64,000 nucleotides of DNA, from NCBI GenBank assembly GCA_037447605.1, contig CM074812.1, forward strand, positions 2,046,001 to 2,110,000, given 5' to 3'. Shown here in pieces: positions 39,111-60,130 of this stretch. The position numbers were made by a program, and so were the translations under genes. The notes under the pieces were generated by a model that was given only the letters and a program-made list of their open reading frames with translations, searched no databases and had not been told where the DNA came from. Within the stretch, counting starts at the first letter, position 1. Each line of letters opens with the position of its first letter. Source of the DNA: Zygnema circumcarinatum SAG 698-1b (lineage: Eukaryota; Plantae; Zygnematophyceae).

Positions 39111-42100
39111 TTATGCAGCGCCTGCGGTCTTGCCCTTCTTCTTCTGCATCTTCCTCAAGTAGAACTCCAGCTCCTTGCCCTCCAATATGTATCTGCAGTA
39201 CACAGGTCGAATGCACCGCTTCAGCTAAAAAATTAAAAAGAGGGCTCTCTCTTTCTCTCTATCTCCGCCACCCCTCTCCTACCCCCACCCCCACCCTCCC
39301 CCCTTCCTCATCCCTCTCTCTCTCCCCATCCCCTCTCTCCTCTCCTTCTCTTCCTCTCTCTCTCTCCCTCTCTCGCCCGCTCCCTCCCCCCCTTCCTCGC
39401 CCTCTCTCTCTCACCAACACACACCACCCGCACACGAGCCACAGCACTGAACGATCTGTTCATGCATCGTTTCTCCATTCACTTTAGAAAAACCCTGGAA
39501 AGTAAAAGAGAATGAAGAGACAAAAGAGTCCTTGAAGACGAATGCATGATGCAAGAAGAGGAGGAATGCCCACCCGTCGGCTCGTCCGCACTGGCCCGGG
39601 CGGGAGGCGATGCAGGCGTAGAGGCGGCCGGAGGCGAACTGCTCCTCCAAGTGCGACTCGAGCTTGTGGCCCTCCTGCCGCTTCGTCAGCTTCCTCTGCA
39701 CGTGGTCGCTCTTCTTCTCCTCCTCCTCCTTCTCCTCCTGCACACGCAGCGGTCAGGGAGGAGAGGAAAAGGGTGAGGGCGGGGGAGAGGAAGAGAGAGG
39801 GAGAGAGAGGGAGAGAGAGGAAGAGAGAGGGGGTCATCATCACCGGCAGAGGGAGGAGAGGAGAGGTGAGGGAGGGGTAGAGGGCGGGAGAAAGGGTCAT
39901 CGTCGCCGGCAGAGGGAGGAGAGGAGAGGTGAGGGAGGGGTAGAGGGCGGGAGAAGGGGTCATCGTCGCCGGGAGAGGGAGGAGAGGAGAGGTGAGGGAG
40001 GGGTAGAGGGAGAGGGAACGGGTCATAATCACCGGCAGAGGGAGGAGTGGAGAGGTGAGGGAAGGGTAGAGGGAGGGAGAAGGGGTCATCATCACAGGCA
40101 GAGGGAGGAGAGGAGAGGTGAGGGAAGGGTAGAGGGAGAGAGAAGGGGTCATCATCACCGTCAGAGGGAGGAGAGGAGAGGTGAGGGAGGGGTAGAGGGG
40201 GGGAGAAAGGGTCATCATCACCGGCAGAGGGAGGAGAGGAGAGGTGAGGGAGGGGTAGAGGGAGAGAGAAGGGGTCATCATCGCCGGGGAAGGGAGGAGA
40301 GGAGAGGTGAGGGAGGGGTAGAGGGAGAGAGAAGGGGTCATCATCACCGGCAGAGGGAGGAGAGGCGAGGTGAGGGAAGGGTAGAGGGAGAGAGAAGGGG
40401 TCATCATCGCCGAGAGAGGGAGGAGATGCGAGGAGGCGCGAGAGAGACAAGGTCATCATCGATGGGAGAGGGAGGAGAGGTGAGCAAGGAGTCGAGGGAG
40501 GGAGGAGGGGTCAGGGAGAGGTGGGCATGAAAGAGGCAGTCGTAGGGCTTGAAGCGGGATGCAAATGAGAGAGGGAGAGAGAAGTTGAGCAGGTAGCAGG
40601 GACAAGGTGGGAAACCTGTGATTGCCAGACATGGGGAGAACATAGGACAAAGGGACTTGTAACATCACAGTGATGTGTGGTAGGTGACATGAGAGGTGAT
40701 GACGACAAAATAGATACAGGCGGAAGGGATGACGCGTGTGGGTGAGACAAATGGGGGTAGATGGTAGGGGTTAACTGGAAATAAATGAAGGTGGAGAATT
40801 ATGAATATTGGGATTAAACGAGGCAAGGCAAAGTGAAGGGGGGTGAAGGAGATACACGAAAGGAATAAAAGACAAAGGACGAAGCCATAAGAGGTCCAGG
40901 CGATGACCGGGCGAGCGTGTACATGGAGGAAGGTATTGCATACAGACATACATTTTTCCATCCCCATAAGCTTTGCATAGAGAGTGGGAGAGGCTTGAAG
41001 AGTCTGCGCTTACACTCTTCCCTATCCCATAATGCTACAAAGCTACAGCGAGTGTGAGAGAGTAACCCCCCCTCCCCCCCCACCTCTCTCCCTCCCACCC
41101 AGCCACTTACATCGTCCTTCTTGCCCCCGGTCTTGACCTTCTTCTTTCCCACATCCACTCCGTAGTGCTGGTTGTACCACTGCCTGAAGGGCGCCGCGTC
41201 GACCTGCACAATGGCGTTCTTCACGAGCGTCTGCGTTCGCACGAGCTCGTTGTTGGAGGCGTTGTACGCAACGTCCAGAATACGCGCCTTGCGAGTCACG
41301 CTCTCCGACCCCCACGAGTAGTTGCCCGTGTCCAAACGGAGCGCACGGAACTTGAAGTTTCCTCCGCGCACACGCAACCGCCGCACTGTCTTGTTGCTGG
41401 ACAGCTTTGTCATGGCGGCCTGTCGGCCCATCTCGTACCTGAAGATGGGGGGTGAGATTAGATAAGGGGAGGGAAGGGGGAGTAAGGAGGGGGAAGGCGA
41501 GGGGAGGAAGAGCGAGGGGGGATGGATAAAGGGGGCGCTTCATAGGTGGGGAAGAGGGGAGAGTTGGGGGGGGGTTATAGTGGGGAGTTTTATAGAGGCG
41601 GGTGATTGCGAAGAAGGTAGTTTGGGAAAGGGGGGGTTCAGGGAGTGGTAGGGAGGTGAGGGAGGGGGGATCGAGGGAGAGGGGAATGAGAGGAGGTGGT
41701 GGTGAGAGAGGGAGAGTGTGCGAAGGCGGGGAGGGTGTGAGGCGAGTAAGGGGAGGCAGGGTGAGGCAGTGGCGATGAAAACATTGAGGGAGGGTGAGAG
41801 AGTGGGCAGGCGAGAGAGAGAGAGAGGGGGAAGGAGAACCAGAGTGTCCGGGAGAGAGAGTGAATAAGGGTTGAAAGGACAAAACAGTGAGCGAGAGCTG
41901 CAAAGAGAGGGAAAGAGAAGGAGAGGACTCGGAGGAGGGGCCTTAAACAGAGCAAATGGGTCTCCCTTTCCCTCTCCCTCTCGAGAGCAGGCATGCGAAC
42001 GAATCCGAAACCCCAAATCATGCAAAGACTAAGGACGGCTGAAACCTAAACCACGGCAGAAGAGCGATAGAAGGAGTAAAAGAGTTATGTACGACGGCTT

Positions 42101-43084
42101 CTATCTCCCTCCCTACTACTCCCGTACTCTCTAGCATAACTCGTCCTTTCGCCCTCTGCCACTCTGTTAACGCAACGTCAGGCAGCTCCCCCACTGCCTC
42201 TCCCGTTTATTTTTTTTCTCTCTCTCTCTCTCTCTCTCTTCCACACTCTCCCACATCTCCTCCCTTCCCTCTCTATGGTCCATCGCACTCCTTCGCCGAC
42301 TTCCACATGCAATTCTCTCCCACACACTCTCTCTCTCCCTCTCCTCTCTAATTCTCTCTCACATCTCCATCACTATTCCTCTCTTTTCTCACTCTCTACC
42401 CATCTCTCTCATCTCTCTCTTCTCTCCCTCTCTCGCGCGCGCTCTCCCACTCATCTCTAATTTCATCCTCCTCCCACGGCTCAGCTCAACGCCCTCCTTC
42501 ACTCTCCCCCTTTTCCTCCCTTAAGAACGCAGCATACCCCACCTCCTTTCTGACTAATGACCAACGGATTACTCAATGCAACATGAAACCAATTGCGCTA
42601 ATATGCCTTGGGAACACATTGAAGGGCCCCCATGTGACGTACTTCCTCTTCTTGTGCCATACTTTCTTCTTCCCTCCCGTGGCGCGCCTCTTGTGCAGGG
42701 AGTCGCGGGTGATACCTGCACACATCATCACACATCCGCAACATTACATCTCGAAACAAACCCAACACCACCGCCCAGCGATCAGCCCCCCCCCCCCAAA
42801 CCCTAATTCCATTCAAACCCAAAAAACCGCAAACCCTAAACAAGTTAAAACTTAACGAGCAAAACCCATCTCGAAAACATGCAGAATCACACACTTAACC
42901 CTAAATTCATCCATGAGAAAGAGAACTGGAGACAGAGCGAGCGAGCGAGTGAGAGAGAGAGAGAGAAAGGAAGGGAAAGAAGAGGGGAAAGAGAGAGGGA
43001 GGAGGTCAGAGAGAGGGACCGGAACCCTGAGCCCTAAACCCATCAGTCCCCACAGTCGGCCATGGCGGCGGAGGGCCTACCCAT
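39111..43084 (-). CDS. RPS8: 40S ribosomal protein S8 (eS8)
   Basis: Exons 43084-43081 (ATGG, best of three candidates), 42715-42643, 41438-41111, 39737-39574, 39192-39111. Translation [16 protein letters not shown]...YEMGRQ...[49 protein letters not shown]...[22 protein letters not shown]. Confidence 0.98.
39831..40460 (+). repeat. 63-bp minisatellite, about 10 copies, in RPS8 intron 3
   Basis: Unit GGGTCATCATCACCGGCAGAGGGAGGAGAGGAGAGGTGAGGGAGGGGTAGAGGG(C/A)G(G/A)GAGAA(A/G); the first two units start at 39831 and 39894. Confidence 0.95.
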
Positions 43085-43711
43085 GGCGGAACGCTGTGTG
43101 GGGAGGCCGCCGCTGAAGCCGAAAAGAGAGCCCTAGTGAGGGCGCGCCCCCCCTTGTACTGCTGCTGGCGGGCCGCCTCCTACGGCGCCCTCAGGCGATC
43201 CTGGCCGTCCACTCTCCAGATCGGACGGTCTCAAGATCAGCGTTGCAAGTGACGGTTCTTTGTGCACAAAGCCAGTTTTACTAAAATTTCACATAAAATT
43301 TGCTGTTCCGTGTCAAATAGTTCTGGTCGCAGTTAAGTAAAGTATTTTTGCTTTCGTATTTTTATCATAAAAATAGATGTCGTCAGCAATACGAACCGCT
43401 ACACAGTTTGCCAAGGGATTTGGTTTTCATATGACGTTTGCATGACGTCACAATCCAGGCCAGGTTTGCAAACCGAGTACGCGCAGTTTGAGGACGCGGC
43501 CAACTTCGTTTTTTGGGCGTGCAATGGACCTCCGAGTGGATCCTCGAGTAGATCGGTCAGTCGGAGAGGGTTGCTTTGGCAGCACACGGGTTGGATGGGT
43601 CCACCGGAACAGGCTAGGGTTAACGCCGAGAGAACAGGTTTAGGGTTAACTGCAGGGAAGCAGATTACGGAATACAGTAGGGACAAAATCTCTAAGGCTA
43701 CTGATGTGGGT

Positions 43712-44042
43712 TTTAGGGTTAGCTGCAAGAGAGCATATTAGGGTTAGCTGCAAGAGGGCATATTAGGGTTAACTCCAAGGGTACATATTAGGGTTAGCTG
43801 CAAGTAAACAGATTAAGGGTAAACTCTAGGGAAGCAGATTAGAGTTAAAATCTTTAAGGCTACTGATGTGGGTTTTAAACTCCAAGGGAACATATTAGTG
43901 TTAACTCCAAGGGAACATATTAGGGTTAACTCCAAGGGAACATATTAAGGTTAACTCCAAGGGAACATATTAGGGTTAGCTGCAAGAGAGCATATTAGGG
44001 TTAGCTGCAAGAGAACAAATTAGGGTTAGCTCCAAGTGAACA
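43712..44042 (+). repeat. 25-bp minisatellite with TTAGGGTTA core upstream of C1D/RRP47
   Basis: Two unit variants, CATATTAGGGTTAACTCCAAGGGAA and CATATTAGGGTTAGCTGCAAGAGAG; about 11-13 copies, interrupted once. Confidence 0.9.
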
Positions 44043-44081
44043 GGCTACGACCAACTGCAGGGGTGCTTGCCAGCTGCCTCC

Positions 44082-46527
44082 ATGGCTGAGCTTAAGCTTC
44101 CTGCAGAAGTCACTGAAGCTCTCTGTGATGTGGACGAAGCTCTAGATGTCGTGGAGCGAAGTTGTGAGGCCTTTCTGTCGACGAAGCGCAAAGATTTGGA
44201 GGCGAACCTTGAGCCTCTGGAGAGAGCGAGGCTGCACGTGACGGTGGCGAAGACTGTCAATGCTCTCTTCTGTGGTATGAAAACGTCACCGTCCTCCCTC
44301 TCTCTCTGACAGTCTCCCTCTTCCTCTCCTCTGCTTCTCCCTCTCCACGACTTCCACTCCTCCCTCCCTCTCCCTCCCTCTCTCCCTCTCTCCCTCTTAC
44401 CCCCTCCCTCTCCCTCACTCTCTCCTCCCTCTCGCGCACGTTCCTTCTCCCTCTCTTTCTCTTGTGAGTAAAGCCCTTGATTGCATGGTCTATCAGACGA
44501 TTAACCTTTTGCGAGGAACTCCCTCCTCACTCTTCTCCCCTTAACTTTACTTTGCTCTGTCTCTGTCTCTCTCTCTCTCCGGGCCTTACTTTGACTCTTT
44601 CAAGAAGTTGCTCCTATTTCTCTGCCTCCTTCCTCACTCACTTCTTTCCTGTCTCTCTCTTCTTGATACTATGTTTGGCACATTGTATCTTTTTTTTGTT
44701 GCTGACATGGATTGGTCTGTTTTCTGGAGGCAGCGTATTTGACTGCTGGGGGCATTCCATTGGAGGACCATGTAGCGAATCAAGAGCTTGTAGGTGTTCT
44801 CTTTCCTTTATGGTGCCCCTTTCTTTACATTCCTCTCGTTTCCCTCTCTTCTTCCTTCTGCTTCTCTCTACCTCTCCCTCTGCTCGTTCCGTTTCTTTCT
44901 CTGTTCTCTTGCCCCCCTCCTTTTCCTTGCAAAACGAGTAACCGAGAGGGCGTTAGAACAACTGAGTGTATAAAAGGGAAAGAAAGAAACTTAACTGGGT
45001 GAAAATGAGCGAAGATGAAGGAGAGGCAATGGGATCGATGAGGGTGAGGGGGAGGGAGAGTGAAAGAGAGAGGGAGTGGGAGAGGCGAAGGAGGGGAGGG
45101 AGGGGAAGAGAGGGTGAGAGGGAGTGGGGAGGGAGAGGGAGAGAGAGTGGGGAGGGAGAGGCAGAGAGAGTGGGGAGGGAGAGGGAGAGAGAGTGGGGAA
45201 AGAGAGGAAGAGAGAGTGGGGAGGGAGAGGGAGAGAGAGTGGGGAGCGTGGGGGGGAGGGGGGGGAACAGAGAGAATGTGAGTGAGCTGATCATAAACTT
45301 CTTGGGCGGTCTTTCAGGAGCGAGCCGAACTTTACTCAGCAAAGGTGCAGCGAGCAATTGATCGAAGCGGAGGTACAAATACAGCGAATGCGATTGTATA
45401 AAGGCATGTACTTTGTTTTGCAAATTGACATGCAATGTTATGTTGTTACTTTGTTATGTTATGTTGTTGTTGTTATGTTGTTGTTTGTTTGTTGTCATAT
45501 TGTTATGTTATGTTTCTTCCGCACAGTTATCGTATTTCAGAGGAGGAAGTACTGACAGCTGTTGGCGATCTTCTCCTTTCCGCTTTATCCTTCTCTCTCT
45601 GTATGCCCTCATATGTGACCAAAGCAATTGATTCGTTGTAAATTACTGAGTTTATGAGTTATGACTTCATTTTATGCAGGCTCAGTTCACCGTCCGACAT
45701 TTCTCGATGTTCAAGCGGCAAGTCGCTTCATAGGGCACGCCATTCCTGACCTCACCGCTGGTCAGTGAACTCCAAACCCCTTCTTCTCTATGTCTCTCTC
45801 CTTTCCTCCCATCCCTTCTCAACCACTCACCTATGCACACACCCACCCATGTATGCATCCTTTGATGTTTGAAAACCACCAGACGATGGCTCAGAATCAG
45901 TTTCTGTAGTTTTTGCAGAGTTTACAGGGTTTTAGAGTGTTTTCTGTAGTTTTTTTAGAGTTTACAGGGTTTTAGGGTGTTTTCTGTAGTTTTTTTGGCG
46001 TTTACAGGGTTTATGGGTGTTTTATGTAGTTTTAGCAGATTCTAGAGGGTTTTAGGGTGTTTTCTGTAGTTTTAGCAGAGTTTAATTTCTATTCAGACAC
46101 GGCACGCCAGTGGAAAATTTTTCTTCCTTGTTTGATACAAGTAGTTGAGATATCGATTAGGCATTATTTTTGGGACATCGAGATTGTTTTGATGCCTTCC
46201 TTGGTTGGAGAAGAAGTCTTCCTTCACCTCCCTTGACTTCTGTTTCTGACTTCTTCTTCTGTGTGTTGGCGGCCCACAGACCAGAAGAGGCGAGTGAAGG
46301 AGGTGGGCCTGCAACACCAACATCGCCGAAAGGAAGGGGGGAAGAAGACCCTTCCGGGGCCTCTCCAAGGAGGGGAGAGGGAGAGGGAGAGGGAGGAGGA
46401 GAGGGAGAGGGAGAGGGAGAGAGAGGGAGAGAGGGAGGGACTTTCTGGTAAGAAGCGCTGCTTGGACGAGGAGGTGGGTGCGTTTTTAGAGGAGGCGAGC
46501 AAAGCTTTGCAGAGTAAAAAGGATTGA
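44082..46527 (+). CDS. RRP47: Nuclear exosome cofactor C1D/Rrp47 (Sas10/Utp3/C1D domain)
   Basis: Exons 44082-44274, 44734-44789, 45318-45372, 45680-45760, 46280-46527. Motifs: LEPLERARLHVTVAKTVNALF.AYL..GGIPLEDHVANQELERAELY..KV, RPTFLDVQAASRFIGHAIPDL, KKR...AFLEEA. Confidence 0.85.
45901..46083 (+). repeat. 40-bp tandem repeat, about 4.5 copies, with GGGTTTTAGGG core, in C1D intron 4
   Basis: Unit approx. TTTCTGTAGTTTTTGCAGAGTTTACAGGGTTTTAGAGTGT, recurring every 40 nt. Confidence 0.9.
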
Positions 46528-46682
46528 TGATGAATCGTCCAGGTAATGTAATGTGTAAAAAAAGAAAAAAAACCCAAAAAGAAAATAAAGGAAAGTTTCT
46601 TTGCACAAGAAATATATGCAGCGATGGCAAAACCAGAAATTGGCGACCGACTGCGATCATCCCAAGGCAGCAAGATTGCTTT

Positions 46683-47468
46683 TCAATCAATCTTTCGTTG
46701 CTGGCAAGTTAACGCTGGGGATGAAGAGGGAGCAATAGCGAACATCTGCTGGTGAAGAAGTGCAACAAATTCTGTGTGTCCGATGAAGGCAGCGGGATCA
46801 AATATAGTCACTTCTCCTGATCGAAGAAGTCCTGCATTCCCAACCTGTTCAAAACATCCCAAAGTAATCGTGTCTTTAATATTAGTCACTTTTGTTGACA
46901 AGTCCATTCTGGACAGCATCTTCCGCAGTCGCCATGCATAGTCATCCTCGGAGCAGCAAACCAGCTCAGGACGCATCAGTTTTCGGGGGTTTGGGCATTA
47001 TATGGGTCATACGAACAGTGAAGCCTGAAGAGGCCAAAAAGCGAACACTTACAAAGCCTAGTCCACACGCACAAAAGACTTTGCAATCAAAGCCTTTCAT
47101 CAAAGGCATAAATCCAGCATCCCATCATCATCTCTATTGCGACGACGACTACGAGAGTTGAAATACAAGACTAGAAAGACTAGAAGACTAGAGTTCGTGC
47201 TATCGTCCTTGTACGTACCCTACTAGTAGTTTACGACTACCGCACTCAAAAAGCAATGGAGCTAAAGCATGAGTCAAAAGTTATGTCATGAGTTTGGTTC
47301 GTTGTTGTAATTGTTTAGCAAAATCCGACTGTTTCAAGCACGACAAGACTAGAAGACTCTGCAAGACTAGAAGCTCACCCAAAGGTCACCATGACGAAGG
47401 CTTGGCCGAACTTGTACTTCTCTGAACAGCTCGCCGGCGCGATCGAGGCGGCCCGCCCAATTTCTCAT
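46683..47468 (-). pseudogene. Two-exon fragment of a fructosamine/ketosamine-3-kinase (FN3K family); truncated gene or pseudogene
   Basis: Exon 47468-47379 (MRNWAGRLDRAGELFREVQVRPSLRHGDLW|GTGAGC) joins in phase 0 to CAG|46844-46683 (VGNAGLLRSGEVTIFDPAAFIGHTEF...stop). This rebuilds the FN3K signature PSL.HGDLW.GN...IFDPA...GH.EF. No N-lobe or C-terminal exons found. Confidence 0.75.
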
Positions 47469-47482
47469 GTCATGTTGCGCGT

Positions 47483-47555
47483 GGGTTTTTAGGGTTTTTA
47501 GGGTTTTTAGGGTTTTAGGGTTTCAGGGTTTTAGGGTTTCTAGGGTTTTTAGGGT
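47483..47555 (+). repeat. Telomere-like array (T3-5AGGG variants, about 8 units)
   Basis: gggtttttagggtttttagggtttttagggttttagggtttcagggttttagggtttctagggtttttagggtt. Confidence 0.9.
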
Positions 47556-48468
47556 TCCTGTTCGTCGCCTCCAAACCACCCAATACCTTATCAACATCAT
47601 TCATGACCCAAATAAACCCATAGAGAAAATGTAGGGATCCGCATTGTAATTTTTCTCGCAGTGTTAAAATCTGAACTTTCCCTAAAAAAAAAAATGGTTT
47701 TTTACTTTCCGGCGATGTGATTGGTCGGCCGCGGACCTCGGCCAATGGAACGCTTCAAAATGTCCTAAAAAATGTTTGCAGAACGTTTACAAACTGACCG
47801 CCAAGTACCAGTTCCGTGGGGAGAAAAATTTCGAGATTTTGCAACGAGACCAGAACTGTAACATGGAACCAGTTTTCCTTTAAAAACGGATCAAGTATGA
47901 GATTCTCCTTGACTTTTTGTCAACCCTCTATCATTACAATCGCCACGTCATCAACTCCCAGCGGTCAGCCAATGGCGGTCCACGACCGGTCAAATATTTT
48001 CCAGATTCATCGCAGCCGTCCGATCGCGTACTCTTCCTATCTGGCGCCTTCCAAGCCGTCCGAGGGCATAGGGTCCTTTTGGGCTGTCGCAGGGTCGTCT
48101 CGCCGCGTCGCAGGGTCCCGTGGGTCCCGCGGGTCCCCTCCACCAATCAGCGTTCGCCGCCCTCCTGCCTTTCCTCCCCGTGGTTTCGGGTGCGAAAATT
48201 TCCGGCGTGTACGGATCGAAATGACGGACCTCTCTGGCAGAGCTGGAGCTATCAGATGGTGACACATGTCATCAGTCACTTACTAGCCTATAGCAGGATG
48301 ACACGTGGCACTTATAAATATTCGGCCATTACCGATTGACACGTGTTGGTTGTGTGCCGTACAATGCCTTACCGTACTACACGGTACAGTGCCGTACATT
48401 TGCAGTTAGAGGGGAAGGGGGTGGCTCATCAGTTTAGGGTTCCGCGGAGGGTGGGAGAGAGGGCAGCC

Positions 48469-58575
<10,107 letters not shown>

Positions 58576-58720
58576 GTGGGGAGGGAGGTAGGCTGCCTGC
58601 GAAATTCTGGACACGAGAATTCGAGTTTATCAAAATTTGGGCGAATTTTATTTGGAGGGGTTTTCTCGTGCATAGGATGAAAGCATTTTGGGGAAAAATG
58701 AATCCACTTCCATGTCAGTG

Positions 58721-58840
58721 TAGTTCAACTGAAGCAGAACTAGTTCAACTGAAGTAGAACTAGGTCAACTGAAGCAGAACTAGTTCAATTGAAGCAGAAC
58801 TAGTTCAACTGAAGCAGAACTAGGTTAACTGAAACATAAC
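58721..58840 (+). repeat. 20-bp tandem repeat x6 downstream of the demethylase stop
   Basis: Unit TAGTTCAACTGAAGCAGAAC with few substitutions. Confidence 0.9.
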
Positions 58841-58991
58841 TTTTTTCATGTAGAGCGCAGCAACAAGGGTAGATAGAACTAGGTTTGAAGGAGCAAGTGG
58901 ATCGGATTGTTCAACAAATCAGGTAAAGGAGTGCACTCTGGGATCAACAGGTCAACTTTGCAATGTTCAACTCTAGTTCTGAGGAGGAATA

Positions 58992-59025
<34 letters not shown>

Positions 59026-59399
59026 TGGGTGGACCCCTTGCAATATTGTGGTTCTAGAAATTGGGCTTTAACCCATTTCTAATGTGGCCCTCTCTCTCTC
59101 TCTCTCGCCCTCTCTCCCTCTCTCTCTCTCCCCCTCTCTCTCTCCTGCTCTCTCTCCCCCCTCTCTCCCACTCTCTTTCTCCCCCTCTCTCTCTCCCCCT
59201 CTCTCTCTCCCTCTCTCTCTCTATCTCTCTCTCCCTCTATCTCTCTCTTGCTTCAAAGCGAGGAAAATGTTTCTACATTCCTAGAATTCTAAAAACCCTA
59301 AAATTTCTTATAGCCCTTCAAACAACCAAACAAAAAAAACATAGTTAAAAGCAAAAGCAACAACTCAAAAACGTCGAGAAAGCCAGAAGCAAGAGGCAC

Positions 59400-59630
59400 C
59401 AATGTCAGTGGGACACGTGGCAGGCGCAGCCAATCAGGGACCGCCACGTGACAATGACGTGCCCGCCACGGCCCGAACGGCCCCCAAAAACTGCGAAGTC
59501 GAAATTTCGGAAACCGCGAACCGCCGGTTTCGGTTTTCGGAAAATTCGGCAACGGAGGAAATTCCAAAAATAAGTTTTAGAACAGAAGCCAATGGAAAGA
59601 CGCCACGTGTACATTGTCACACGTGTCTGA
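59400..59630 (+). promoter_or_regulatory. G-box/ABRE-like cluster upstream of VID27
   Basis: Four CACGTG hexamers (~59414, 59445, 59604, 59620) and a CCAAT (~59430), 500-700 nt before the ATG at 60131. Confidence 0.45.
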
Positions 59631-60130
59631 CTTCCATTGGCGGAGACTTGACCCGACTTCACAATGGAGAAATGCCGAAGCCAACGGCTCTTTGCCGCCG
59701 CTCCGTCTCCCGCCCTCTCCTCTCTCTCGCTCTCTCGCGCGCCACTCTCTTCCCCCTCATCTTGCTCCTCTCCGTTCCATCCTTCTTTATTATCTTGCTA
59801 GCTCCACTCTCCTTTCCCTTCCTTAGTCCTGCGCCTCTGTCCTTCTCTCTCTCTCTCTCTCTCCCTCTCTCCCTCTCTTTTTCTCTCTCTTTTCCCGACC
59901 GCTCCCTTCCTCTCTTCACGTTACCCTTTTCCCCTAAACACCCTCTCCCCCGCAGTGTCTGCGAGTCGCCTCCCTCCCTTCTGCCTCTCTTGCTCACTCT
60001 CTTTTTCCCCCCTCCCTCTCTCCCTCTCACCCTCTCTCGGTCGCGCGCTTTCCTTGCCCTCCCTCCCTCTCTCTCCCTCTCTCCTTCTCCCCCCCCTCTC
60101 TCTCTCTCTCTTTCTCTTTCTCCCCCTTCC

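Noticed and set aside
39831-40460. C-box (RUGAUGA) in every 63-bp unit suggesting a C/D snoRNA cluster
   Set aside because: There are no matching downstream D boxes (CUGA) or terminal stems, and the intervening sequence is low-complexity.
42860-43043. Alternative RPS8 first exons ATGG|GT at 43043 and ~42869
   Set aside because: 43084 has the better start context (CCGCCATGG) and donor (GTAGGC). The others cannot be excluded without transcripts but are not called.
43712-44042. CRISPR-like regular repeats (also 58721-58840)
   Set aside because: The units are contiguous with no unique spacers, there are no cas genes, and the context is eukaryotic; these are minisatellites.
46093-46368. Minus-strand ORF with RYLNYLYQ as a possible FN3K C-terminal exon
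   Set aside because: Similarity to LY.LYHYLNH is too weak and out of order, and it overlaps RRP47 exon 5 in antisense.
47160-47375. Repeated AAGACTAG(A) motifs as possible Helitron 3' ends around the FN3K fragment
   Set aside because: There is no subterminal GC hairpin or matching 5' TC/AT insertion context; they are short intronic repeats.
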